NCBI RefSeq assembly: GCF_000283555.1
Contig: NC_016012.1
Location: 300,001 to 332,000, forward strand
From: Candidatus Arthromitus sp. SFB-rat-Yit
GTDB lineage: Bacteria > Bacillota > Clostridia > Clostridiales > Clostridiaceae
Direction of reading: 5' to 3'
Length of the DNA stretch: 32,000 bases
The position numbers were made by a program, and so were the translations under genes. Position 1 is the first letter of the stretch; the number at the start of each line of letters is the position of its first letter. The notes below the pieces were generated by a model. That model saw only the letters and a list, made by a program, of their open reading frames with translations. It ran no database searches and was not told the origin of the DNA. This document shows positions 8,228-17,520 of the stretch, one piece after another.

Positions 8228-9740
8228 ATTTAACATTAAATGGACGGCGTCTTATATCACGTGCTAAAGTTACTGCGAATACACTAAATCCACAGAAAAT
8301 TATTAATATATTTTGTATAAGATCAAATTTAGGCGGTATATAAGATTTTATTAAGTATAGAACTAATATCATAAGTATGCTTAGGAGTATATAAATGATA
8401 TATTTTGATATTTCTGGTTTAATTTTAACGGTTTTTTTAATTTCTCTAATATTTAAAATTATAGATAAACATGAATCAACTATTAGTGCTATAGCATAGC
8501 TAAATATATTTATTTTTGTAAAACCAGCTAATACATATATAATTAAAATTTCTATGGTTGAGCATATTAAAGAGTTTAATAATATTTTATTTTGTTTACC
8601 AAGTCCATTTAAAATGCTATATGTAGTCATTGAAATGAAAAATGTAGGAGTTACTATACTTGCAAATCCTATATATGATCCTAAGTCAGTTCTTCTATAG
8701 AACATATATGATAATTCATCTGGGATTACAAAGCATATAACCATAGTAGCAAGTCCAAGTATAAATGATATTTTTATAACTTCACGTATTCTATTTTCGG
8801 CATATTTAATTTCGTTTTTACTTATGGATTTTGATAAATCTGGAATTAACAAGCTGGAAATAGAACTTATTATTATAAGTGGAAATAATACAATGTTTAG
8901 AGCCATACTATTGAATTTACCTATAACAGATAGTGCCTGTGTATAATTAAGACCAGATTTAATAAGTCTTCTAGGAAGTATAAGTGATGTAATGGTACTT
9001 AATGTTGTTGTAATCAATCCATTTATAGATAATGGGAATGCTATTTTAAGCATATCTTTTAATAATCTTCTCTTAGAAGTAGATACGGTTGTGCTATCCT
9101 TATGTTTATTTTTTACTTTTCTATAGTAAGAGTATAGAAAAACATAACTTAAAAATTCACCTATGCAGATTGATATATATGCGGCAGTTACAGTTGATTC
9201 TACGGTTTTTAGATTGAATGATTTGATAACTATTATTAATACCAAGATACGTATAGATTTTTCTAATATATCAATTACAGAAGGTATATTTATTTGAGAT
9301 GTACCGTAAAAATATCCTTTTAGTATGTTTGAAATGGAAATAAATAGCATAGCAGGACAAATTATCTTAATAGAAGTAATTATTCTAATGTCTTTTATTA
9401 TAAATTTAGCAATAATAGGTGCTAGAGTATATACAATTGTTGCAATTATTAAAGACCATATTAAAGTAAATATCATCGATGTTTTAATTGTTAGATTAGC
9501 CTTATTAAAGTGTTTATTATCGAAATATATTGATGTTAATCTTGATATTGATGCAAGTATACCTCCACACATTAAACATATGAAAAGATTGTATATAGGC
9601 ATAAGGAGACCATACAGCCCTAATGCTTCAGCTCCAAGTTCTTTTGATAAAATAATTGAAAATACAAATCCAAGAATACCTGTTAATATATTTGAAGAAC
9701 TTAATATAAATGATTTTTTATAGAAATTTTCTTTTTGCAA
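8226..9740 (-). CDS. spoVB: Stage V sporulation protein B-like MOP flippase
   Basis: 504 aa and polytopic. The N-terminal region (SSSNILTGILGFVFSIILSKELGAEALGLYGLLMPIYNLF...ASISRL) lines up with the SpoVB N-terminus as I recall it. TTG start, with GGAGGG 7 nt upstream. Confidence 0.75.
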   Translation of the reverse strand: MQKENFYKKSFILSSSNILTGILGFVFSIILSKELGAEALGLYGLLMPIYNLFICLMCGGILASISRLTSIYFDNKHFNKANLTIKTSMIFTLIWSLIIATIVYTLAPIIAKFIIKDIRIITSIKIICPAMLFISISNILKGYFYGTSQINIPSVIDILEKSIRILVLIIVIKSFNLKTVESTVTAAYISICIGEFLSYVFLYSYYRKVKNKHKDSTTVSTSKRRLLKDMLKIAFPLSINGLITTTLSTITSLILPRRLIKSGLNYTQALSVIGKFNSMALNIVLFPLIIISSISSLLIPDLSKSISKNEIKYAENRIREVIKISFILGLATMVICFVIPDELSYMFYRRTDLGSYIGFASIVTPTFFISMTTYSILNGLGKQNKILLNSLICSTIEILIIYVLAGFTKINIFSYAIALIVDSCLSIILNIREIKKTVKIKPEISKYIIYILLSILMILVLYLIKSYIPPKFDLIQNILIIFCGFSVFAVTLARDIRRRPFNVK

Positions 9741-10050
9741 AAATTATCCCTCCTTTTACAGAACATTGTGTATATATTAAAAGTTATTATAGAAAAAAAT
9801 TTTTATTCTTAATTAAATTTAGGGATAATGTTTTTATTTAATAATACGTAATAAGTATTAAAAACATATTAAATAGAATTGCGTATGAATAAACAGATAT
9901 TTTAAAATAATTGTGGAGATTATTTTAGTTATTTGATATAATTTTGATGATTGTTATCAATTTGCTATTTCAAATAGTGAATTAATTTATTAAATAAATT
10001 CAAGCTTAATATATGGAAGGTAATTCATATCGAGTGAGAGGGGAAGGTTT

Positions 10051-10755
10051 ATGGGCAGAGTTGAATTAACATATGGAAGAGCGATAAAAAAGATAATGGA
10101 TATTACAAATCCTATCAAGAAAATGCTGATGAAAACCAATTGTATTACACATAAATTTATAAATAATAATTCTATACAGATATTGAATAATGAAAGTTTA
10201 TATAATATTAGTATTTTTATAAAAAAATATATAGATTTTATAAATGATGGAGTTGTATGGGCAGATCAGGATTATAAAAGTAGTAACCATTTTTATAATA
10301 TAGATACTTTAAAGGGATTATATGGTTTCTCTGATCTTTTAAATGAATTTAAAAAATATTATAGAACAGCTATGTATTATTTAGATAAGAATCAAATTGA
10401 GAAGTGTATGTTTTATGTAGGGGTTTGCCTACACCTTATACAAGATTCTACAGTTCCTCAACATGGGAGTGGGGATTTATTTAATGAACATAGGAATTTT
10501 GAACTTTGGATAGTATCTAAAATATATGATGAAAACAAGTTTAAGATAGAAACAGGGATTCAAAGATTTAATAGAGTTGAGGATTATATTATAAAAAATA
10601 TAGCTTTTTCTCAAAAAATTAATATTATTAATAAAAATATAAAAGATAGAGAAAAAAGATATATGAATATATCTTGCGAAATTTTGAGAAGAGCACATGA
10701 AACTACAGCTGGGTTTTTAGTTGATATATATGAGAGAATAAATAATATAATTTAA
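10051..10755 (+). CDS. Zinc-dependent phospholipase C-fold protein, no signal peptide
   Basis: 234 aa. Zinc-ligand motifs appear in the order seen in the PC-PLC/alpha-toxin N-domain: THKF, WADQD, NHFYNID, HLIQDSTVPQH (H-x3-D-x5-H), HRNFE (H-x3-E). SD GAGAGGGGAAGG lies upstream of the ATG. Confidence 0.7.
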   Translation: MGRVELTYGRAIKKIMDITNPIKKMLMKTNCITHKFINNNSIQILNNESLYNISIFIKKYIDFINDGVVWADQDYKSSNHFYNIDTLKGLYGFSDLLNEFKKYYRTAMYYLDKNQIEKCMFYVGVCLHLIQDSTVPQHGSGDLFNEHRNFELWIVSKIYDENKFKIETGIQRFNRVEDYIIKNIAFSQKINIINKNIKDREKRYMNISCEILRRAHETTAGFLVDIYERINNII

Positions 10756-10796
10756 ATAGGAGATATTCTAATATTTATTAGGATATCTCCTATTTT
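10755..10796 (+). terminator. Rho-independent terminator
   Basis: 18-bp stem: AATAGGAGATATTCTAAT (10755-10772) pairs with ATTAGGATATCTCCTATT (10777-10794, one G-U). A short T-run follows. Confidence 0.8.
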
Positions 10797-10809
10797 GTCA
10801 TATATAATG

Positions 10810-10831
10810 AGAATTGTATTAGAATTGTATT
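10810..10831 (+). repeat. Exact 11-bp tandem direct repeat (AGAATTGTATT x2) upstream of the V-ATPase operon
   Basis: Read directly: copies at 10810-10820 and 10821-10831, about 170-190 bp upstream of the first ATPase gene. Confidence 0.9.
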
Positions 10832-11002
10832 TTTATTTTGAGTAGTGTATTATAGTAGTTAGTTGCTTAAAATTTACTAGATTATTTAATTTATTTTTGG
10901 GTAAAAATAAATTAAAATGAATATAAAAAATCAGTAATATTACCTAAAATTATTGTATATTCTATTTCTAATATTAATTTATAAAATTGAGGTGATAATT
11001 TT

Positions 11003-11320
11003 ATGAATATTGACATCATTCGAGAGATACAACGTGCTGAAGAACAAGCAACTTTGATTTTAGATAAATCTAGAGATGATAGTAAAAAAATACTCAATGA
11101 TGCTGTGGTTAAAGCTAACGATGAGTATAATAGAATAATTGATTTAGCTAATGAAGAATACAAAAAAATAGTACAAGATTATGAAAATCAAGGTAAAAAT
11201 ATAGCTGAAAGTTCAGAAATGAAATGCGATGTATCGAAAATATCTAATGTTTCTGATAATAAAAAACAATTAGCTATAAATAAGATAATACAGGAGATTA
11301 TTATTTATGGCGATAGTTAA
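11003..11320 (+). CDS. ntpF: V-type ATPase small peripheral-stalk subunit (G/H-like, equivalent to E. hirae NtpF)
   Basis: 105 aa, highly charged and helical (IIREIQRAEEQATLILDKSRDDSKKILNDA). It is the first gene of the operon and overlaps subunit I by 14 nt. SD TGAGGTGA lies upstream. Confidence 0.6.
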   Translation: MNIDIIREIQRAEEQATLILDKSRDDSKKILNDAVVKANDEYNRIIDLANEEYKKIVQDYENQGKNIAESSEMKCDVSKISNVSDNKKQLAINKIIQEIIIYGDS

Positions 11321-13292
11321 AATGAAAAAATTTTCCTTATATTTTCTAGAAAAGGATAAGGAAACGGTTTTAAATGCATTACAAGCGTTTGGCGGATTAG
11401 AATTTAATGGTTTTGAAAAATATACAACAAACATTAGAGAAGATAATGAATTATTAAACACATTAGATAAATTAAAGTGCTTGGAGTTAGATAGTCAGAG
11501 TGCAATTTTTGATCAAAATTTAAATAAATTAAGGTATTGTTTAGACATTTTAAAACCTTATGCAACTAAAAAATCAATATTTAAAACATTAATAGACGAT
11601 AAAATAGAAATAGAATATATTAAGCTTGTAGAGTATATGAAAAATAATAATTGGGAAAAAATATACGATGATTTAAAAAAAATAGATAGTAGAATAGCAG
11701 AGTTGGATTCAGAATATTTAAGATGTGAGACTGAAATAGATATAGCAAAGTACTGGAGAAATTTAGAGGGAAATATTAAAAATTATAACAAATTAAAGTA
11801 TTCTACATGTTTTTTAGGTAGTATTTCTAAACAATTTGAGACAGAAGTATTAACTAAATTTGAACAAGATTTTGAATATTCATTTATTGATTTAATTAAT
11901 TCTACACAAAAGGAGTCATACTTTTTAATCATAATTTATAATGATTTTAAGAATGAAGCATTAGAATTTTTAAAGCAAAGAGGATTTAATTTTCAGACAT
12001 TTAATTATGATTGTAGTATTAACGAATGTATAAACAGACTTGAAAAAGATAAAAAAGATATATTAGTTGAAAAAAATAAATTGAAAAAAAGTATAGAAAA
12101 ATATTCAAACAGTTATTTGGAATTACAGTATGCTTATGAATATTTCAATTCAAATAAAGAAAAATCGCATTTATTTCAAAAGTTTATGAGAAGTGATTTT
12201 GTTGTAATATCACAGGGATATTTAGAAAGCGATAATGTAGTAAATTTAGAGAAATGTTTATCTAATATTAAAAACTTTGATTTTTATTTAGATATTGAAG
12301 AGATAAGTGATGAAGATGTACTTGATGTACCAGTAAAGTTAAGTAATGGATGTATATCGTCACCTTTTGAGTCTGTTGTTGAAATGTATAGTTATCCTAT
12401 ATATAGTGAGGTAGATCCATCCCCTGTAATATCCATATTTTTTATAGTATTTTTTGGGATGATGCTTGCGGATGCAGGATATGGAATTTTAATGTTATTA
12501 ATTTCAATATTTTTATATACTAAATCTAAGACTAAAGAAAAAAGGGATAGTTATAGATTATTTATATTTGCAGGTATATCTACTACTATATGGGGTGTGC
12601 TGTATGGGGCATACTTTGGCGATTTTTTAGTAAGATATTTTAACATTAATGTGCCTGTATTGCTTGATGTAAATAAAGATATAATGAAAATATTTTTGAT
12701 TGCTATTGCATTTGGGTTTGTACATTTAGTTGTAGGTTTAATTATGAAAGCAATAGTATATTTTAAAAATGGGAAAATAATAGATATCTTATACGATGTT
12801 TTACCATGGATGATGATTCTTGGTGGGGTTATTATGTTTGCATTGAAAGATATTGTAATATTTATTACACCCCAAATTTCTGGTATTATTATTGTTTTAG
12901 GAATAATAATTTTACTATTTACCCAAGGAAGGGAAGCAGAAACCTTGGTTGGGAAAATAGGCGGTGGAGTATATGGAGTTTATGGAATAAGTTCTTATTT
13001 AGGAGATATAATTTCATATTCTAGATTATTAGCTTTAGGATTAGCATCTGGATTTATTGCTAATGCTTTTAATATAATGGGTGGATTAATACCATTTCCA
13101 TTTAATATAGTAATAACACCAATTCTTTTAATACCACTTCATTTATTTAACTTAGGTATAAATGCATTGGGAACTTATGTACACTCGTCTAGGTTACAAT
13201 ATTTAGAGTTTTTTGGAAAATTCTATTCAGGTGGTGGAAGGAAATTCACACCGTTTAAATATACAGATGAATATATAAGAATTAAAAAATAA
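11307..13292 (+). CDS. ntpI: V-type ATPase subunit I (a-subunit homologue)
   Basis: 661 aa. A soluble coiled N-terminal half is followed by a polytopic C-terminal half. The essential stator arginine sits in its expected context, ISYSRLLALGLA. Confidence 0.92.
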   Translation: MAIVKMKKFSLYFLEKDKETVLNALQAFGGLEFNGFEKYTTNIREDNELLNTLDKLKCLELDSQSAIFDQNLNKLRYCLDILKPYATKKSIFKTLIDDKIEIEYIKLVEYMKNNNWEKIYDDLKKIDSRIAELDSEYLRCETEIDIAKYWRNLEGNIKNYNKLKYSTCFLGSISKQFETEVLTKFEQDFEYSFIDLINSTQKESYFLIIIYNDFKNEALEFLKQRGFNFQTFNYDCSINECINRLEKDKKDILVEKNKLKKSIEKYSNSYLELQYAYEYFNSNKEKSHLFQKFMRSDFVVISQGYLESDNVVNLEKCLSNIKNFDFYLDIEEISDEDVLDVPVKLSNGCISSPFESVVEMYSYPIYSEVDPSPVISIFFIVFFGMMLADAGYGILMLLISIFLYTKSKTKEKRDSYRLFIFAGISTTIWGVLYGAYFGDFLVRYFNINVPVLLDVNKDIMKIFLIAIAFGFVHLVVGLIMKAIVYFKNGKIIDILYDVLPWMMILGGVIMFALKDIVIFITPQISGIIIVLGIIILLFTQGREAETLVGKIGGGVYGVYGISSYLGDIISYSRLLALGLASGFIANAFNIMGGLIPFPFNIVITPILLIPLHLFNLGINALGTYVHSSRLQYLEFFGKFYSGGGRKFTPFKYTDEYIRIKK

Positions 13293-13318
13293 TAATTGTT
13301 TAAATAGGAGGAAAAAAT

Positions 13319-13807
13319 ATGACATTTTCAGATTTTTTAGTACAATATGGGGGTTTAATATTAGCTTTATTAGGAGCAGCTTTATGTGTTGGATTATCAG
13401 GAACTGGATCAGCTAAAGGGGTGTCTATTGCAGGTCAAGCTTCTGCTGGATTATTATCTGAAGAACCAGAAAAATTTGGTCAAACAATATTATTAACAGC
13501 ATTACCAGGAACTCAAGGTTTATTTGGATTTGTTATTGCATTGTTAATATTTCTTAATTCAGGTGTTTTCGATACTCAATTTCCATCAGTTTTACAAGGG
13601 TTTCAATTTTTAATGGCTGGATTACCTATGGGATTAACAGGATTGTTTTCTGGTATAGCTCAAGGTAAAGTTTGTGCAGCAGCTGTGCAAATACTAGCTA
13701 AAAATCCTAAGCATACAACTAAGGGTGTAATATATGCTACACTTGTTGAAACTTATGCTGTTTTAGGATTTGTTGCTTCATTATTTATGGTTTTATTTTT
13801 TAAATAG
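13319..13807 (+). CDS. ntpK: V-type ATPase proteolipid subunit K (16-kDa, four-helix type)
   Basis: 162 aa with a duplicated hairpin. LPGTQG lies in helix 2, IAQGK in helix 3 and VETYAVLGF in helix 4. Strong SD AGGAGG. Confidence 0.93.
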   Translation: MTFSDFLVQYGGLILALLGAALCVGLSGTGSAKGVSIAGQASAGLLSEEPEKFGQTILLTALPGTQGLFGFVIALLIFLNSGVFDTQFPSVLQGFQFLMAGLPMGLTGLFSGIAQGKVCAAAVQILAKNPKHTTKGVIYATLVETYAVLGFVASLFMVLFFK

Positions 13808-13826
13808 ATTTGGAGTGATCTAAAGT

Positions 13827-14405
13827 ATGTCAAATTGTAAAAAGTTGGTTAATAGAATTATAAATGATGCTGAAGTCAAAAAAAATGAAATAGTAAATAA
13901 GGCTAAAGAAGAAGCTGATAAAATAGTAAATAATAAACTTATTGAAGCAAATAAAGCGAAGGAAAAAATAATTTCTAAGGCTCATAATGATGGAATTCAG
14001 TTAAAAAATAATATAATTTCTAAATCTGAATCCAATATTAGAAAAAATATATTAGGGGCTAAAAAACAAATTTTGGATGAAATATTTTTTGAATCATTAG
14101 AAATATTAACAAAGCTAAATGAAATAGAGTTTAAAAAATATATTAACAATACCTTTAAAAATTTAGATTTAGAAGGGGAATATGCATTAATAATACCTTT
14201 AACTTATAATAAACATGATTTTGAAGACTTAATTAACTTTAATAGTTATAAGTTTACATTAACAAAAATAAAACCATCTGATGCTTTAAAAGGTGGTTTT
14301 ATTTTAGAAAAAGATGGTAGTATTATAAATTATTCTTTTGAAGTAATAATGGAATTTGTTAGAGAAGAAATTGAATTTGAAGTATCTAAAATTTTGTTTG
14401 ATTGA
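13827..14405 (+). CDS. ntpE: V-type ATPase subunit E
   Basis: 192 aa. It has a long charged N-terminal helix and a globular C-terminus, and its position after K matches ntpFIKECGABD. Confidence 0.8.
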   Translation: MSNCKKLVNRIINDAEVKKNEIVNKAKEEADKIVNNKLIEANKAKEKIISKAHNDGIQLKNNIISKSESNIRKNILGAKKQILDEIFFESLEILTKLNEIEFKKYINNTFKNLDLEGEYALIIPLTYNKHDFEDLINFNSYKFTLTKIKPSDALKGGFILEKDGSIINYSFEVIMEFVREEIEFEVSKILFD

Positions 14406-14416
14406 GGAGGTATAGT

Positions 14417-15418
14417 GTGTATAAATATTCGTATTTAGATGTTATGCCTAAAATCAGAGTATATGAGAAAAAGTTAATAGATAATTTAATTATAGATAGA
14501 ATGCTTTCAACCAATAATATGAATGAATTATTTAGGATGCTATCTGAAACTAATTATAGTAAGAATACATCAGAAGTAATTGATCATTTAAACTATGAAA
14601 AAATACTTATGAAAGAGTTAAAAAACTTGTTTAATGAGATGAGTTATATACTTTCAAATAGTAATTTAATTGATGTTTTTACATTAAAGTATTTTTATAA
14701 TAATTTAAAGGTAATGTTAAAAAGTAAGTTTCTAAATATTAATTTATCTAATTTAATATTTGAATTTAATAGTATTAATAATTTAGGTATATATGAAGCT
14801 TTATATAATGACAATTATAGATATTTAAATGAAAGAATTAAAAATATTATCAAATTTTTGGTAAACGACTTTGATCATAATAGAGATATTACTAATATAG
14901 ATATTATGTTAGATAAGTTTATGTTTGAAGATCTAAAACAAAAGGTATATGAAATTGGAGATAATTTTTTAATTAATTATGCGGATAAATTAATTGATAT
15001 ATTTAATATTAAGACGATTTTTAGGATTAAAAAACTTAAATTAGATAAGAAAATATTAGGTAGTGTGGTTTGTGTACCGGGAAGTATAGATTTAGAAAAG
15101 ATAAAATTATTATTTTTAGAAAGTAATGATAATTTATTAATAAGATTTTCTGATATTGAGATATATAAATATATTAAAAATGGAATTGAAAAATTTATTA
15201 ATGATGATGACGTTGGTTTATTAGAAATAGAATTAGATAATTATTTAATGAATTTTCTTAAAAATCAAAAGATATATACATCTGGATTATCACCAATAAT
15301 AGGTTATATTAATGCTAAAGAAACTGAAATAAGAAATGTTAGACTTATTATAATGGGAAAAATCAATAATATTCCTTCGGAGACTATAAAGGGGAGGTTA
15401 ATATTAGGCTATGTATAA
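14417..15418 (+). CDS. ntpC: V-type ATPase subunit C (d-subunit homologue)
   Basis: About 333 aa, identified by operon position and size. I prefer the GTG at 14417, which sits 7 nt after GAGGAGG (14403-14409), over the track's TTG at 14402. The end motif ETEIRNVRLIIMGK is typical. Confidence 0.8.
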   Translation: MYKYSYLDVMPKIRVYEKKLIDNLIIDRMLSTNNMNELFRMLSETNYSKNTSEVIDHLNYEKILMKELKNLFNEMSYILSNSNLIDVFTLKYFYNNLKVMLKSKFLNINLSNLIFEFNSINNLGIYEALYNDNYRYLNERIKNIIKFLVNDFDHNRDITNIDIMLDKFMFEDLKQKVYEIGDNFLINYADKLIDIFNIKTIFRIKKLKLDKKILGSVVCVPGSIDLEKIKLLFLESNDNLLIRFSDIEIYKYIKNGIEKFINDDDVGLLEIELDNYLMNFLKNQKIYTSGLSPIIGYINAKETEIRNVRLIIMGKINNIPSETIKGRLILGYV

Positions 15419-15725
15419 AGTTGGAGTTATAGGTGATAAAGATTCAATATTTTCTTTTAAATCTTTAGGTATTGAAACTTTTTCTTGTGAAGAAGGAGAT
15501 ATAGGTGAGGTTACTCAACTTATAAAAAAGATGGTAGCTAAGAATTACGGTGTTATATTTATTACTGAAAATATAGCCCAACATGTATTAGATTTAATAG
15601 ATAGATATCAAAAATGTTACCTTCCAGTTATAGTTTTAATACCAAATAGTCAAGGAAGTTTAGGTATTGGTATTTCAAGGATAAATGAAAATGTTGAAAA
15701 GGCCATAGGTATAAATATTTTATAG
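15411..15725 (+). CDS. ntpG: V-type ATPase subunit F (E. hirae NtpG equivalent)
   Basis: 104 aa. MYKVGVIGDKDSIFSFKSLGIE is typical of the F subunit. It overlaps the previous gene by 8 nt. Confidence 0.85.
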   Translation: MYKVGVIGDKDSIFSFKSLGIETFSCEEGDIGEVTQLIKKMVAKNYGVIFITENIAQHVLDLIDRYQKCYLPVIVLIPNSQGSLGIGISRINENVEKAIGINIL

Positions 15726-15741
15726 AAAGGAGATATAAAGT

Positions 15742-17520
15742 TTGAGTAATGGTAAAATTATTAAAGTTGCTGGACCATTAGTTGTTGCGGAGGGTTTAGA
15801 TGATGTTAAGGTTTATGATGTTGTAAAGGTTGGTAAAAAGAAACTAATAGGTGAAGTTATAGAGATTAGATATAATAACGTTTCTATACAGGTATATGAA
15901 GAAACATCTGGAATAGGTCCTGGAGATGAAGTTATATCAACTGGTGAACCACTTAGTGTTGAATTGGGACCGGGATTATTAGAGTCAATGTTTGATGGAA
16001 TACAAAGACCATTGGAAGAATATGCAAATGTATCTGATTCAAGTTTTTTAGAGAGAGGTATAGAGTTATTCTCTTTAAATAGAGAAAAGATATGGGATTT
16101 TAAGCAGAGTGTTAATGTTGGTGATAAAGTTTCTACAGGAGATATAATAGGTACTGTACAGGAAACATCAGTGATATTACATAAAATAATGGTACCTTAT
16201 GATGTAACAGGAGTAATTAAAGAAATAAGAACAGGTAAATTCAATATTATGGAAACCATATGTGTAATAAGTACAGATAGTGGTGACAGAGAAATAAAAA
16301 TGTTACAAAAATGGCCTGTAAGGAAAGGAAGACCTTACATTAAAAAACTAAAACCTGAAGAACCGTTAATAACTGGTCAGAGGATAATAGATACGTTTTT
16401 TCCTGTTAGTAAAGGTGGTAGTGCATCAGTTCCTGGTCCATTTGGTGCAGGTAAAACTGTAGTTCAACATCAAATTGCTAAATGGGGAGATTCTGATATA
16501 GTTGTATATGTAGGATGCGGTGAAAGAGGAAATGAAATGACTGATGTTTTAATGGAATTTCCTGAACTTATAGATCCTAAGACAAATCAGAGTATTATGA
16601 AACGCACTGTTTTAATTGCAAATACATCTAATATGCCAGTTGCTGCTCGAGAAGCATGTATTTATACAGGAATAACAATAGCAGAATATTTTAGAGATAT
16701 GGGATATTCTGTTTCAATTATGGCTGATTCGACCTCAAGATGGGCGGAAGCTTTAAGAGAAATGTCAGGTAGACTTGAAGAAATGCCAGGAGATGAGGGA
16801 TATCCTGCATATTTAGGATCTAGATTGGCTGAGTTTTATGAGAGAGCTGGTAAAGTAGTATGTTTTGGTAGGGACGAAAGAATTGGTGCTATTACGGCTA
16901 TTGGAGCAGTATCACCTCCGGGAGGAGACTTATCTGAGCCAGTTACACAAGCAACTTTAAGAATTGTTAAAGTTTTTTGGGGATTAGATGCTCAATTAGC
17001 TTATAAAAGGCATTTTCCAGCTATAAATTGGTTGAATTCATACTCTTTATACGCAGATACTGTAGGAGAATCAATTGGGAAAAATAATATTTATAGTAAT
17101 TGGAATACTATGAGATCACAAGCTATGGAATTATTACAGGAAGAATCACAATTAGATGAAATAGTTAGGTTGGTCGGTATTGATGCTTTATCTGATAAAG
17201 ATAGATTAAAATTAGAGTCTGCTAAATCTATTAGGGAGGATTATTTGCAGCAGAATGGTTTCCATGAAATTGATACGTTTTCATCAATTGGAAAACAATA
17301 TAAAATGTTATCAGCAATATTAAAATTTAGGTTTCAGGCAGAAATAGCTTTAGATTCAGGAGTTTATTTAGAAAAAATATTAGAATTACCTATAAGAGAT
17401 AGAATATCAAGATTAAAATATATACCAGAAAAAGATATAAATAAAATTGATGATGTAATTAGAGATTTAGAAATAGAGATGAAAAATTTAATTGAAAAGG
17501 AGGGACTAGTTGGTGATTAA
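15742..17520 (+). CDS. ntpA: V-type ATPase catalytic subunit A
   Basis: 592 aa. Walker A GPFGAGKT, Walker B region [16 protein letters not shown], and the A-subunit-specific non-homologous insert. TTG start with GGAG upstream. Confidence 0.97.
   Translation: MSNGKIIKVAGPLVVAEGLDDVKVYDVVKVGKKKLIGEVIEIRYNNVSIQVYEETSGIGPGDEVISTGEPLSVELGPGLLESMFDGIQRPLEEYANVSDSSFLERGIELFSLNREKIWDFKQSVNVGDKVSTGDIIGTVQETSVILHKIMVPYDVTGVIKEIRTGKFNIMETICVISTDSGDREIKMLQKWPVRKGRPYIKKLKPEEPLITGQRIIDTFFPVSKGGSASVPGPFGAGKTVVQHQIAKWGDSDIVVYVGCGERGNEMTDVLMEFPELIDPKTNQSIMKRTVLIANTSNMPVAAREACIYTGITIAEYFRDMGYSVSIMADSTSRWAEALREMSGRLEEMPGDEGYPAYLGSRLAEFYERAGKVVCFGRDERIGAITAIGAVSPPGGDLSEPVTQATLRIVKVFWGLDAQLAYKRHFPAINWLNSYSLYADTVGESIGKNNIYSNWNTMRSQAMELLQEESQLDEIVRLVGIDALSDKDRLKLESAKSIREDYLQQNGFHEIDTFSSIGKQYKMLSAILKFRFQAEIALDSGVYLEKILELPIRDRISRLKYIPEKDINKIDDVIRDLEIEMKNLIEKEGLVGD

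Noticed and set aside
9325-9723. 132-aa + strand ORF inside the spoVB-like gene
   Set aside because: It is antisense to a well-supported 504-aa polytopic membrane protein gene. It has no SD, and its hydrophobic, Ile-rich composition mirrors the opposite strand.
10797-11002. Possible Na+-responsive or other riboswitch in the V-ATPase leader
   Set aside because: The region is almost devoid of G/C. I could find only trivial AT hairpins and none of the GC-anchored helices expected of a riboswitch aptamer. I cannot run a covariance-model scan, so this is a soft rejection.
10912-11461. Minus-strand ORFs 10912-11163 and 11270-11461 overlapping the V-ATPase promoter, the G/H-like gene and the subunit I start
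   Set aside because: They are antisense to the first genes of a clearly organised operon. They have no SD and a low-complexity Leu/Ser/Ile composition.
12806-13024. 72-aa + strand ORF in an alternative frame of ntpI
   Set aside because: It is out of frame within the conserved membrane domain of subunit I. The Trp/Tyr/Arg/Asn-rich translation looks like frame noise, and it has no start context.
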